From positions 133,466 through 197,465 of the forward strand of contig CAVXJF010000001.1 of assembly GCA_963762055.1 (NCBI GenBank): 64,000 nucleotides of DNA, read 5' to 3'. Numbering within the stretch: the stretch's first letter is position 1; each line of letters opens with the position of its first letter. The notes below the pieces were generated by a model that was not told the DNA's origin, did not search any database, and was given only the letters and a program-made list of their open reading frames with translations. Shown one piece after another: positions 1 through 9,455 of the stretch. Position numbers and translations under genes: made by a program. The DNA is from Vicinamibacterales bacterium. Lineage in GTDB: Bacteria > Acidobacteriota > Vicinamibacteria > Vicinamibacterales > JAMQPK01.

Positions 1-675
1 GTGGATCATCACCGGGATTTTCTTGTCGTGGATCAGGTTGTCGGTGACTTCCTGCAGGCGATACAGGCTGGGGCACAGCCGGCACGACTCTTCGGCGTTA
101 CGCGACATGTAGCGTTCGCCGTCCTGCCACACCATCAGCGCGGCAGGCACCGCGGGGTTGTATTGCGCCGGAACGTAGATCCAGTAATTGGTCTCCATGC
201 CGGGGTACACCTTGCTGACGTGCACCAGCTTCTCCGAAACCTTGCCCTGCGGTACTCCCGGTCGAGCATACGAGTCCGGCGTGTACGCCGGCACGTCGAC
301 GGAGCCGCCGAACTTCGCGCCATTGACCAGGTAGTGGAACCGGTGTGATGTGCCCACTCGAAGCTTGCCCATGTGGATCCACACATTGGTTCCGTTGATC
401 TGACGCATCGGCGCGACCGGCTGATCGTCCACCACCAGCGTCGGCGTGCTTGCGGATTCCACGGCCCAGACGAAATCTGGACCGTTGGAATTGAAGGCGA
501 TGCCTGTCTTGATCTCTTCCTGCGACAGATGTTTCAGCAGCACCGCGCGAAACTCGGGTGAGTCCGGCGACAGCTTGAGCAGCTGATCCATCGCCGCACG
601 CTCCATGGCGAATCCGCGCGCTGGCAAGAGCGCGAGAACAAGGGCGAGTCCAACCAGAACGGGCCTGCAAAACAT
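1..675 (-). CDS. putative esterase (alpha/beta hydrolase, esterase-D/enterochelin-esterase-like); N-terminal part only, gene runs off the window start
   Basis: I translated the minus frame from the ATG at 675..673. It is absent from the ORF track because it has no stop inside the window. It gives a signal peptide MFCRPVLVGLALVLALLPARGFA, then ...NYWIYVPAQYNPAVPAALMVWQDGERY...KKIPVMIH. The listed ORFs 98..670(-) and 1..348(+) are Arg/Ala-rich shadow frames. Confidence 0.6.
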   Translation of the reverse strand, partial: MFCRPVLVGLALVLALLPARGFAMERAAMDQLLKLSPDSPEFRAVLLKHLSQEEIKTGIAFNSNGPDFVWAVESASTPTLVVDDQPVAPMRQINGTNVWIHMGKLRVGTSHRFHYLVNGAKFGGSVDVPAYTPDSYARPGVPQGKVSEKLVHVSKVYPGMETNYWIYVPAQYNPAVPAALMVWQDGERYMSRNAEESCRLCPSLYRLQEVTDNLIHDKKIPVMIH

Positions 676-687
676 TACGCCCTCCAC

Positions 688-715
688 GGTCCGGCTAAAG
701 CCGGACACTACGTAC
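688..715 (+). repeat. REP-like palindromic element, canonical unit GGTCCGGCTAAAGCCGGACACTACGTAC
   Basis: 7-bp stem GTCCGGC/GCCGGAC with loop TAAA and a conserved tail CACTACGTAC. The same unit recurs at 8 loci in the window. Confidence 0.9.
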
Positions 716-717
716 AC

Positions 718-777
718 AAAAAAACAGGAGACCAGGAGTTCAGGAGATACATATTCTCCTAATCTCCTGATCTCCTG
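718..777 (-). terminator. rho-independent-type terminator downstream of the DUF1552 gene
   Basis: Imperfect long hairpin CAGGAGACCAGGAGTTCAGGAGA...TCTCCTAATCTCCTGATCTCCTG (725-777), followed on the minus strand by a T7 run (718-724). It begins 23 nt after the stop at 800. Confidence 0.55.
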
Positions 778-799
778 TTGATCCGGAATCCCTAATTTC

Positions 800-2155
800 T
801 TACAGGTCCGAGAGATACCCGAGCTTGCCGGTGCTGTCGGCGAAGTTCTCCGCCGGAATACCGAGCTGGTTCATCATCGCCACGTGCAGGTTTGCCAGCG
901 GCGTCTCGGTCGGGTGCTTTACGTGCCGGCCGAGATGGAACAGCCCGTTGCCGCGGCCGGTCAACACCGTCGGCAGGTTGTCGTGATCGTGATCTTTGCT
1001 CAGGCCGCTGCCGAACGTGACCATCGTGTGATCGAACAAAGTTCCGTCGCCGTCTTTCGTCCCTTTGAGCTTGTCGATGAAGTAGGCGAACTGCTCGACC
1101 TGGTAGCGGTTGATCAGGATGCACTTCTCGATCTTTTCCTTGTCGCCGCCGTGATGGGTCAGGCCGTGGTGCGAATCGGGAATCCCGATCTCGCGATACG
1201 CGCGGTTGCTCTGCTCGATCGCCATCAGGAAGGTGATGACGCGGGTCGAATCGGTCTGCAGCGCCGCCGCCATCAGGTCGAACATGATGCGGGTGTGCTC
1301 GCTGTAGTTCTCCGGCACGCTCGACGCCGGCCGATCCATGTCGGGGCTCAGGTCGTTGTCGCTCTCGGTTTTCTGGATGCGGGTCTCGATGTCGCGGACC
1401 GCATACAGGTATTCGTCGAGCTTCTTCCGGTCGGACTGACCCAGCGTGGTCTCGAGTCGCTTCGCGTCGGAGAGCACCGAATCGAGCACGCTCTTCTTGT
1501 ACTTCTCGAGCCGCGCCCGCTTCACCGGATCGCGCTCGATCTCGCCGGCGCCGAACAGCCGCTCGAACACGGCGCGCGGGCGGATTTCCGGCGGGTTCGG
1601 CGTCGACGGCGTGCGCCACGAGATGCTGTTGCTGTAGGCGCAGCTGTATCCGTTGTCGCAGTTGCCGCCCTGAATCCCCTCTTCGCAGCCCAGCTCGAGC
1701 GACGCGTAACGCGTCTCCTTGCCGATCATGCTCGCGGCGTATTGATCCATCGAGACGCCGGCCTGCAGGTCTTTGCCGAAGGTCTTCTTGGGATGGGCGC
1801 CGGTCAGATAGCTCGCACCGGCGCGGCCGTGATCGCCAGGGCCGTCGCCGAGAGCCCGTCCGCCGTTGACCGTCAACCCGCCGAGCACCGTGATGTCGTT
1901 GCGGTATTTGGCGAGCGGTTCGAGCGTGCGCGGCAGCACCTCAGGAAGCCCGCTGAGGTAGTCGGCGGTCTCGATGTGCCAGGTGTCCATCTGCACGCCG
2001 TTCGGAAAATACAGGATGGCCATGCGCGAGGGCGACTTCGACGCCGCCCTGACGAAAGCGGGGACCATTGCATCGAGCATCGGCAGCGCCAGAACGCTGC
2101 CCATTCCTCGAAGAAACGTGCGCCGCGGGAGTTGCTTCTTGAGAATCACATTCAT
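800..2155 (-). CDS. DUF1552 domain-containing protein (Tat-signal, secreted)
   Basis: 451-aa ORF. The N-terminus MNVILKKQLPRRTFLRGMGSVLALPMLDAM is a twin-arginine-like signal typical of DUF1552. It has a 4-nt ATGA overlap with the upstream DUF1592-type gene. Confidence 0.85.
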   Translation of the reverse strand: MNVILKKQLPRRTFLRGMGSVLALPMLDAMVPAFVRAASKSPSRMAILYFPNGVQMDTWHIETADYLSGLPEVLPRTLEPLAKYRNDITVLGGLTVNGGRALGDGPGDHGRAGASYLTGAHPKKTFGKDLQAGVSMDQYAASMIGKETRYASLELGCEEGIQGGNCDNGYSCAYSNSISWRTPSTPNPPEIRPRAVFERLFGAGEIERDPVKRARLEKYKKSVLDSVLSDAKRLETTLGQSDRKKLDEYLYAVRDIETRIQKTESDNDLSPDMDRPASSVPENYSEHTRIMFDLMAAALQTDSTRVITFLMAIEQSNRAYREIGIPDSHHGLTHHGGDKEKIEKCILINRYQVEQFAYFIDKLKGTKDGDGTLFDHTMVTFGSGLSKDHDHDNLPTVLTGRGNGLFHLGRHVKHPTETPLANLHVAMMNQLGIPAENFADSTGKLGYLSDL

Positions 2156-4800
2156 GGCTTCGCGCCCTCCACACTCTGCATCTGGAACGGTTTGCTATTC
2201 ACCACGCCCATCACGAGCGCCGAAAACTTGTAGCCGTTGGCCGTCACCTGGCGGCTGATCGTCTCGACCGTCGGCCGGTCGAACCGCTCGAGGCCGCGTC
2301 CCAGGCTATAGGTCAGCAGCTTTTCGGTCACGTTATGGATGAACACATCCGACTTGCCTCGCAGGATTTCCTTGAGCCCCTTCGACCCGGTGAAGCTCTG
2401 GCCGCCTGGCAGCGTGCCCGACGTTTCGATCGGGAACTTGCCGTCGTGGGTGCGCCAGACGCCGACCGCGTCGTAGTTCTCGAGGCCGAAGCCCAGCGGA
2501 TCCATCAACAGGTGACACGGCGAGCAGCTCGGATCTTTCCGGTGCTGCTCGAGCCGCTCGCGCAGCGACACCTCGGTGCCGATGTTCGCGTCGTTCAGCG
2601 ACGGCACATCGTCGGGCGGCGGCGGCGGCGGAGTGCCGAGCAGGTTCTCCATCACCCACTTGCCGCGCACCGGCGGCGAGGTCCGCGTCGGATAGGACGA
2701 CACGGTGAGAATCGCGCCCTGCGTCAACACGCCGCTGCGCTGCTCGCCGTCGACCTCCACGCGCTGAAACTCCTCGCCGTCGATCCCTTTCATGCCGTAG
2801 TGGCGGGCCAGCGGACCGTTGACGAAGGTGAACTTGGCGTCGATGAAGTCGAGCAGGCTGCGATCTTCCTTGATGATCGCCTCGACGAACATGTTCGTTT
2901 CCTTGCGCATCGCGTCGATCAGCTCGTCGTCGACGGTCGGGAACTTTTTCGGATCGGGCTTGGTGCGGCCGAGATTCCGCAGCTGCAGCCACTGGGCGGC
3001 CCAGTTCTCGACCAGGTTATAACCCTTGGGATCGGCAATCATCCGGCGCACCTGCGCCTCGAGGACGCCCGGCTTCCGCAGCGTTCCCGCCTTCGCGGCA
3101 CGCATCAGATCGTCGTCCGGCATGCTCGCCCAGAGGAAGTACGACAGACGCGATGCCAGCTCGACGTCGCTGACCTGGTATTCGGTCTGCTTGGTGTCGA
3201 GGGCGTACGCCGCTCTGCGCAGCGCCAGCGGCGGCGCATTCCGCGCGGATCCGGACGCTCTCGGCGGCGCGGCCGTATTCGGCCTCGCCTCGATGCGGAA
3301 CAGGAAGTTCGGCGACGACAGGATCGCCTGCAGCGCCAGCCGGATGCCTTCCTGGAATGTGTCTCCTTCTTTCTGCGCCAGCTGCACGAGCTCGACCTTC
3401 GACGCCAGCTCCTCGTCGGTGACCGGGCGCCTGTATGCGCGCTCCATCAGCGTGCCGAGAATCGTCCGCGCGCACTGTGGCGTCGTCTGGCTGCAGGTGA
3501 ACACCTTCGTGTAGCTCGCGGGCGGCTCTTTGCTCGGGTTGAACGGTCCGACGATGTCGAGATAGTCGACGAACAGGCCACGCCGCATATCCGGATTGAT
3601 GTTCTCGCGGGGGTCGTCGAGGTTCGCGAGCTCCGGATACGACGCACGCAGGAACCGCTCGCCGGCCTTGACGGTTGCGCGCGCGGTGAACTCACCCTGC
3701 GAATAGCCAAAGGTGCCGGTGCCTTCGATAACCGTGGAGATGACAGGTGCGCCGTCGACCGAGAGGATCAGCTGGCGCGGCGGCGCTCCCTTACGCGCGG
3801 CCTCGTCGCGGGCACGTAGCTCTTCCGGCGTCGGATCGCGCCGCGGCCCACCACCGCCTCCACGCGCACCACCGCCCTGGCCGGCTGTGCCGCCAGCCTT
3901 GAGGCGCTCGAGGCGGCGGGCTTCGAACAGCTTGCGCCGCTCTTCCGCACGGCGCGCGCGCTCTTCGTCGGTCAGATCGGCCTGGTCGTCGCCGCGGAAA
4001 TTCGCGATGCGCAGGCGGAACTCGTATTCTCCGTCTACTGGAAAGATGTAGTTGCCATACATCGCGCCGCGCAGCGAATACGGCAGGTACACGCCCGAGT
4101 TGCCTTCGGAGAGCACGTCGTAGGCATCCTGCGACCGCCTGTTCATCAGCCGCACGATGCGTGTGGGCTTCGGCGGCACCGTCTCGCCGTAGACCGCCAG
4201 CTTGGAAATCGTCTCCGCCGCCTGCATGTACTTTTCCATCAGCAGCGGCGAGACCGACAACACGTCGCCGTTGTTGTCGAAGCCGTATCCCGAGTCGTCC
4301 ACGGGGAATTCATCGGCCGGCCGCGCCGCCACGCCGAGCAGGTCGCGGATCGTGTTGTTGTATTCGACGCGGTTGAGGCGCCGCGCGGTGACGCGTCCCG
4401 CGGCCGCTTCGGCCTGCGACGTCGAGGCGGTGAGACCGGGCAGTTTCTTGATCCAGTCGACGACAGCGGCGCGCTCGGCATCGGTCAACGCCTTCGCCGT
4501 CGGCGGCGGCATCGCTCCGGCCGACACCTTGTCGAGCACGTTCTGCCAGATCGCAGTATGCGTGGCGGTGGTGGCCGGATCGCGCAGCGGCTCGAGGCTC
4601 AGCTTGCCGGCCTTCGCCTTGTCGCTATGGCATCCCAGGCAGCTCTTGGCAAGCACCGGCAGCACGTCCTGCTGAAATTCCGCTGCGTGCGCCTGCGTGG
4701 CCTGCGCCTGGCCGTTCAACGTGCGTGTGGCAAAACCAAGCGCGATCGCCGCACACACGAATAAAACGGCGCAATACCTCTGCGTCATGTTGGCTCCCAT
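2152..4800 (-). CDS. DUF1592/DUF1588/DUF1595-family protein with N-terminal CxxCH (planctomycete cytochrome-c-like) motif
   Basis: 882-aa ORF with a signal peptide and the heme-binding-like motif CLGCHS near the N-terminus. It forms the canonical pair with DUF1552 downstream. Confidence 0.8.
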   Translation of the reverse strand: MGANMTQRYCAVLFVCAAIALGFATRTLNGQAQATQAHAAEFQQDVLPVLAKSCLGCHSDKAKAGKLSLEPLRDPATTATHTAIWQNVLDKVSAGAMPPPTAKALTDAERAAVVDWIKKLPGLTASTSQAEAAAGRVTARRLNRVEYNNTIRDLLGVAARPADEFPVDDSGYGFDNNGDVLSVSPLLMEKYMQAAETISKLAVYGETVPPKPTRIVRLMNRRSQDAYDVLSEGNSGVYLPYSLRGAMYGNYIFPVDGEYEFRLRIANFRGDDQADLTDEERARRAEERRKLFEARRLERLKAGGTAGQGGGARGGGGGPRRDPTPEELRARDEAARKGAPPRQLILSVDGAPVISTVIEGTGTFGYSQGEFTARATVKAGERFLRASYPELANLDDPRENINPDMRRGLFVDYLDIVGPFNPSKEPPASYTKVFTCSQTTPQCARTILGTLMERAYRRPVTDEELASKVELVQLAQKEGDTFQEGIRLALQAILSSPNFLFRIEARPNTAAPPRASGSARNAPPLALRRAAYALDTKQTEYQVSDVELASRLSYFLWASMPDDDLMRAAKAGTLRKPGVLEAQVRRMIADPKGYNLVENWAAQWLQLRNLGRTKPDPKKFPTVDDELIDAMRKETNMFVEAIIKEDRSLLDFIDAKFTFVNGPLARHYGMKGIDGEEFQRVEVDGEQRSGVLTQGAILTVSSYPTRTSPPVRGKWVMENLLGTPPPPPPDDVPSLNDANIGTEVSLRERLEQHRKDPSCSPCHLLMDPLGFGLENYDAVGVWRTHDGKFPIETSGTLPGGQSFTGSKGLKEILRGKSDVFIHNVTEKLLTYSLGRGLERFDRPTVETISRQVTANGYKFSALVMGVVNSKPFQMQSVEGAKP

Positions 4801-4887
4801 CGGTACCCGCTATTTTCGCATACCGGACCGCCACGAATGCAACCAAAGTTGCGCATCTGCGGCGCTCCGGTACAACTTGAGACAAAG

Positions 4888-4913
4888 GGTCCGGCTAAAG
4901 CCGGACACACGTA
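4888..4913 (+). repeat. REP-like palindromic element
   Basis: GGTCCGGCTAAAGCCGGACACACGTA, in the intergenic gap between the DUF1592 start and the TonB-receptor stop. Confidence 0.85.
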
Positions 4914-4921
4914 TTCCGGCC

Positions 4922-7900
4922 CTAGAACGTCAATCTCGCCCCAAGCCTCCACTCCCGCTCGTCATACTGGCGCCCCACGCGGGTCGTCGACGTGATCACA
5001 CCGAACCCATTAAGGTTCCTCACCGTCCCATCCGGGTTCAACTGGAGATTCGAGACGTTCGACGCCGGATTCGCGAAATGGGGCGTGTTGGTCACGTTGA
5101 GCGCCTCGACCCTCAGCTGCAGGTTCATGTTCGACCGCAGCGCAAAGGTGCGGAAGAGGCTCATGTCGAGATTCGCCCAGCCGGGCCCGCGCAGCGAATT
5201 CACCGCCGCGGTGCCAAAGCGGACCTCGGTCACCGGCTTGAACGCCAGCACGTCGAAAAACGCGCCGCCGTTCTCAAAGCCATAGATCTCCACGTCCTCT
5301 TTCACCTGATCGGCGCGCTGGTTGGTGCCAACGCCCGCATTGAGCGACGCATTGCTGGCGGTGACGCTGAACGGCGCGCCGGATCGCGCGCTGAAGAACG
5401 CGTTGGTCTGCCATCCGCCGAAGATGTCGGACAGGACGCCCTCCGTCAGGAATTTCCTGCCGTCGCCGAATGGCAGCTCGTAAATGACCGACGTGTTGAG
5501 CGTGTGCGGCAGACCCGTCTCCGCCTTATTCAGGTACCAGTACTCCGGCTGCGGGATCGTACTGGCCCACCAGTCGATCGTCTTGCCGTAGGTATAAGCG
5601 ACGCTGTACTGCAACCCCCTGCTCATCCGCTTGCTCACGCTCGCCTGCAGCGAGTCGTACTTCACTTTGCCCGCAGGGGCTTGGATGTTGATCGAGCTGG
5701 TGGTTATCGAGGAGTACGGTTGGCTCGCGTTTCCTCCGCCCAGCCGTCCGTAGTTCTGGTTCACCTGGCGCGTGAGGCCGTTCTGGCGATTGGCGACATA
5801 GCCCAGCGTGAGGCTGTGGTCGTACGGGAGCAAATGCTGCATGCTCACGTTCCAGGACGAGATCGTCCCGCGCACGAACTGCTCGTTCAGGGGATACGTG
5901 GTGAGCCCGGCGTTGACCGGGTTCAGACGCCCGACGGTCAGATCCAGGACCGGGACCAGCGGGAACCCTTCTGCCAGCGTACCGATGGCGGTGTACGGAT
6001 TGGGGGCCGTCTCCGTGTAGATGATCGTCGCCGGGTACGCGTTAAAGGGCGGCATCTGTTCTCTGCCCGACGTGTCATTCTGCGGATTGCGCGAATAGCC
6101 GGCGCGAATGACCGTCGATTCGGTGGGGCGATATGCCCAGCCGAGCCGGGGCGTGAAGAGATTCTTTTCCCCCGTGACGCCGCAGGTTTGCGGAATTCCG
6201 GCTTGGCCGCAGATGAGGAGCTGTCTCGCGGTGAAATCGAACACCTCGAGACCGCGGTCGCGCCGCTGCGACAACGGGTAGTACTCCCACCGCAGGCCGG
6301 CCGACACCGTCATCTTGCTGTTCAGCTCGAACTGGTCGCGGATGTACGTCCCGAATTGCCATGTCCGCAGCGTCCCGGGCCGGAAATCGTCGCCGGTCTG
6401 CTCGATGTCGATCATCGGAGTCATGATCTCCGAGCGGCGCGAGTTCGCCTCGCCCAGGAGGAAGTCCGCAAATGCGTTGAAGTTATTGGGCGAACCCGTC
6501 GGGCCCAGCGCGGTGCGGCCGCCCGAGAACGTGAACTGCGGCGACTGGGTTTCGTAGTGGTTCTGATGGAGACGCTTCAACTCTCCACCGAACTTCACGT
6601 TGTGGTTGCCCTTGGTCCAGCCGGCGTTCAGGTTCGCGCCCCATTGCGGGTCGCGATACGCGCGCGGCTCGCCGCCGCCGGAGATCGACCAGTGTTGTTC
6701 CCGCATTCATCGCCGGGAACGCCGTGCTGCGGCCATACGGCGGCTGACACGTGTTCGGGATCGCGAACAAGTCTCCCCAGCAGTCATCCGTGTGCGGGCG
6801 AGCGAGCATGTCCGTGCGCGTAAAGCCGAACACGCCGTCTACGACCAACGTAGTGGAGACGATGCTGGTGATCGCCAACGAGTGACTGTGGACCGTGGAG
6901 TCCCAGATGCGCCCCTGCCAAATCGGGTTCTCTGGGCCATTCTTGACGGTGCCATCGGTATCCACATACGGCAGCGCGGGTGCGCTGTCCTCGTAGCTTG
7001 TCGCGTAGCCGAGCCGGCCGTTGACGGTAATCCGGTTATTCGGCACCCACGTCAGCTTGCCGTCGTACTTTCTGTAGTCCGTGTCGTACTTGTTAGTAGC
7101 GTAGTAGTTGGACTGAGATCCCGGCAGTGTCGGTGGGACCAGCTTGGCGAGGACCGAGTTCGCAATCGGGCTGATGCGGTTCGCCGGGATGTAATTGCAG
7201 GAGTCGAATCGCGGATCGCTAACCGACGTGAGGCCGCAATTGGCAAAGGCAAATGGGACTCGGCCTGAGCCGTTCGCATTGCCAGTCCGCGGATCGTAAA
7301 TGACGGTATTCGTGCCGGAGAAATTCCCCTCGCGCATCGCCATCGTCGGCACATTGCGAAGACCGTTCGCCCCCGAGTTCGACAACGCGGTGCCAGCCGT
7401 CGTCCGTTGGCGCGTGGCCTCCACGCTGCCGAAATAGAAGAATTTGTTGCGGACGATGGGACCGCCGGCCGTGCCGCCGAATACGTGGACGCTGCCGCTG
7501 CCTTTGGGATCGCCGGGAGGCAGGAAATAATTCGTCGCCTTCATCTTGTAGTCTTGCGCGTACTCGAACAGCGATCCCGCCAGCTGGTTCGTGCCGCTCT
7601 TGACCTGCACGTTCACCGACGCGCCGCCGGCCATCCCCTGATCGGCGTCGAAGCTGTTGGTGACGACGCTGACCGTCTCGATGGCCTCGAGGCTGGGGCT
7701 GTAGGCCTGAATTTGCTGAAAGAACTGGTTAATCTGCGATACGCCGTCGAGCCGGACGACCGTGTTGTTCGCCGGCTGGCCGTTGATGCTGATCGCCATC
7801 GCCCTGGTCGGGTTGTTGCTGCCTCCGGACTGAGAGTAATCGGGCTGCGCGACACCGGGCATCAGCGCGATCGTCGTTTGCCAGGCGCGGCCGCTGGTGG

Positions 7901-8339
7901 GGATCGTCTCCAGCTCTCGGCTCGTCGTCAGCGACTGCACCGCGGCGCTCTCGGTCTGCAGAACGGCCGCCTCGCCGGACACGATGATCGACTCCTCGAG
8001 CGTGCCGAGCTTCAATTTGGCGTCGACGCGGACGTCGAGCCCCTGGCGGACGGCGATGTCGCGCGTGGTGAATGTCGAAAAACCGGGAAGCTTGACGTCG
8101 ACCTGATAGGTGCCCGGCAGCAGGTTGGGCACGTTGTAGCCGCCACTTTCGTCCGTGACGACGTCCCGCGTCAGGTTCGTCTCGCGCTGAGTGATGGTGA
8201 CCGTCGCGCCGGGAAGCGCCGCTCCCGTTTCGTCGGTGACGTTGCCGACGAGCGATCCGTAAAGCGCCTGCGCGCTGACGTTGGACGCAAGTGCAAATAC
8301 CAGTACCGCCCAACTCACACCTTTCCACACGTGCCTCAT
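4922..8339 (-). pseudogene. TonB-dependent receptor with N-terminal carboxypeptidase-regulatory-like domain, interrupted by one frameshift near 6695-6712
   Basis: ORF 6483..8492 contains MRHVWKGVSWAVLVFALASNVSAQ (start at 8339), then LYGSLVGNVTDETGAALPGATVTITQ...GGYNVPNLLPGTYQV. ORF 4922..6706 continues with ...GNHNVKFGGELKRL... and ends in the beta-barrel terminal ...RLGARLTF. The two ORFs overlap in different frames. Confidence 0.75.
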
Positions 8340-8474
8340 GAAGCCTCCTGCCAAACTTCTCTCGAACGCGGGAACACCTGATTGTCGATAGGCGCATTTT
8401 AATGGCCGAACCCCCCAGGAGTTGAGACAAATTGCGACCGCACTGCCACCTTGCCTTGACAGCGCCGGTCGCGC

Positions 8475-9455
8475 GTGGGAAAACTCGGGCATCCGATGCC
8501 AACCTCATGGAACCTGGCGCTGCCCGCGGTTCTCGTGTGCGCCGCCTGTACGGCCTGCGGCGGCTCCGGCGACGCCGCGCCGGCCTCGTCGCGTCCCACG
8601 ATTCGAGTGTCCACCGGCGCGCCATCCGGCAGCTTTCGCCCGCTCAGCGAAGCGCTGGTAAAGGGCTACACCCAGCTCATGCCCGACGTGCACGTCGAGG
8701 CCGTCAACACGCCCGGCTCCCTGCGTAACCTTCAGGAACTGCAAGACGGCACCGCCGATATAGGGCTCGCGCAGGCAGGGCTGGCCCATATGGCCTATAA
8801 CGGCCGCCTGCCCGAGTCGGTACGACCGTTCAGGAACATCCGCGGCATAGCGGTGTTGAACTCCTCGCCAGTGCACCTGCTCGTGGGTCCCGGGTCGACA
8901 ATCCGGTCGATCGACGATCTCAAGGGCCGTCGAGTGAGCATCGGTCGCGACGGCGCATCGGTGACCTCACATCTGGTACTGAGCAACTTTTTCCTGCCAG
9001 GTCAGGTGCAGGAAATCGATGGGGCTCCCGGAACCACGGCGATGCTGCTGGATCGCACACTCGACGCGGCGTTTGCCGTTTCGAGCGTGCCGAGCGAAGA
9101 AGTGTGGCGCCACACGACGGCCGGCGCGCGGCTGCTTCAGATCAGCGGACCAGGCACAGACCGGCTGCGAACGACGTTCCCGTTCTTCCGCTCCGACATC
9201 ATTCCCGCCGGCACCTATCCTGGACAGAATGAGACCATCCACACGCTGTCTGTCGATGTCGTTCTGCTGGCGCGCGAGGGTCTCGACGCTGCGCTGGTGC
9301 GGCGGCTCACCGACGGGCTCTTCCGCATGCTGCCCCAACTCAGCTCTGAGTTGCCGTTCCTGAAGAGAATGGAACCGGAGCGTGCGCCGGCGACGCCGGT
9401 GCCTTTGCACCCTGGTGCGGTGCTCTACTATCGCGAGCGGGAGCTCTCGCGATGA
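8475..9455 (+). CDS. TAXI-family TRAP-type solute-binding protein (orphan, lipoprotein-like)
   Basis: 326-aa ORF with a GTG start at 8475 (alternative ATG at 8496) and a Cys-rich signal/lipobox region. The motif ...TGAPSGSFRPLSEALVKGY...NTPGSLRNLQELQDGTADIGLAQAG is TAXI/NMT1-like. Confidence 0.7.
   Translation: MGKLGHPMPTSWNLALPAVLVCAACTACGGSGDAAPASSRPTIRVSTGAPSGSFRPLSEALVKGYTQLMPDVHVEAVNTPGSLRNLQELQDGTADIGLAQAGLAHMAYNGRLPESVRPFRNIRGIAVLNSSPVHLLVGPGSTIRSIDDLKGRRVSIGRDGASVTSHLVLSNFFLPGQVQEIDGAPGTTAMLLDRTLDAAFAVSSVPSEEVWRHTTAGARLLQISGPGTDRLRTTFPFFRSDIIPAGTYPGQNETIHTLSVDVVLLAREGLDAALVRRLTDGLFRMLPQLSSELPFLKRMEPERAPATPVPLHPGAVLYYRERELSR

Noticed and set aside
98-670. The 190-aa ORF on the minus strand at the window start.
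   Set aside because: A different minus frame, starting at 675, gives a signal peptide and esterase-like motifs. The listed ORF is compositionally a shadow frame.
884-2233. Long antisense or shadow ORFs opposite real genes. Examples: 884..2233(+), 2335..3819(+), 4697..6823(+), 13041..14084(-), 16197..17285(+), 17613..19148(+), 40587..41948(+), 45033..46430(-), 47299..48642(-), 51504..52670(+), 54879..55805(+), 57883..58731(-).
   Set aside because: They are Arg/Ala/Pro/Gly-rich with no recognisable motifs, and each lies opposite a gene with clear family signatures. This is the expected by-product of high G+C and rare stop codons.
8340-8474. A TTGACA at 8454-8459 as a promoter for the TAXI operon, and a possible riboswitch in the TonB-receptor leader.
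   Set aside because: The spacing gives only a poor -10 (GAAAAC). I could not recognise any riboswitch core, such as a B12 box, in the receptor 5' region.
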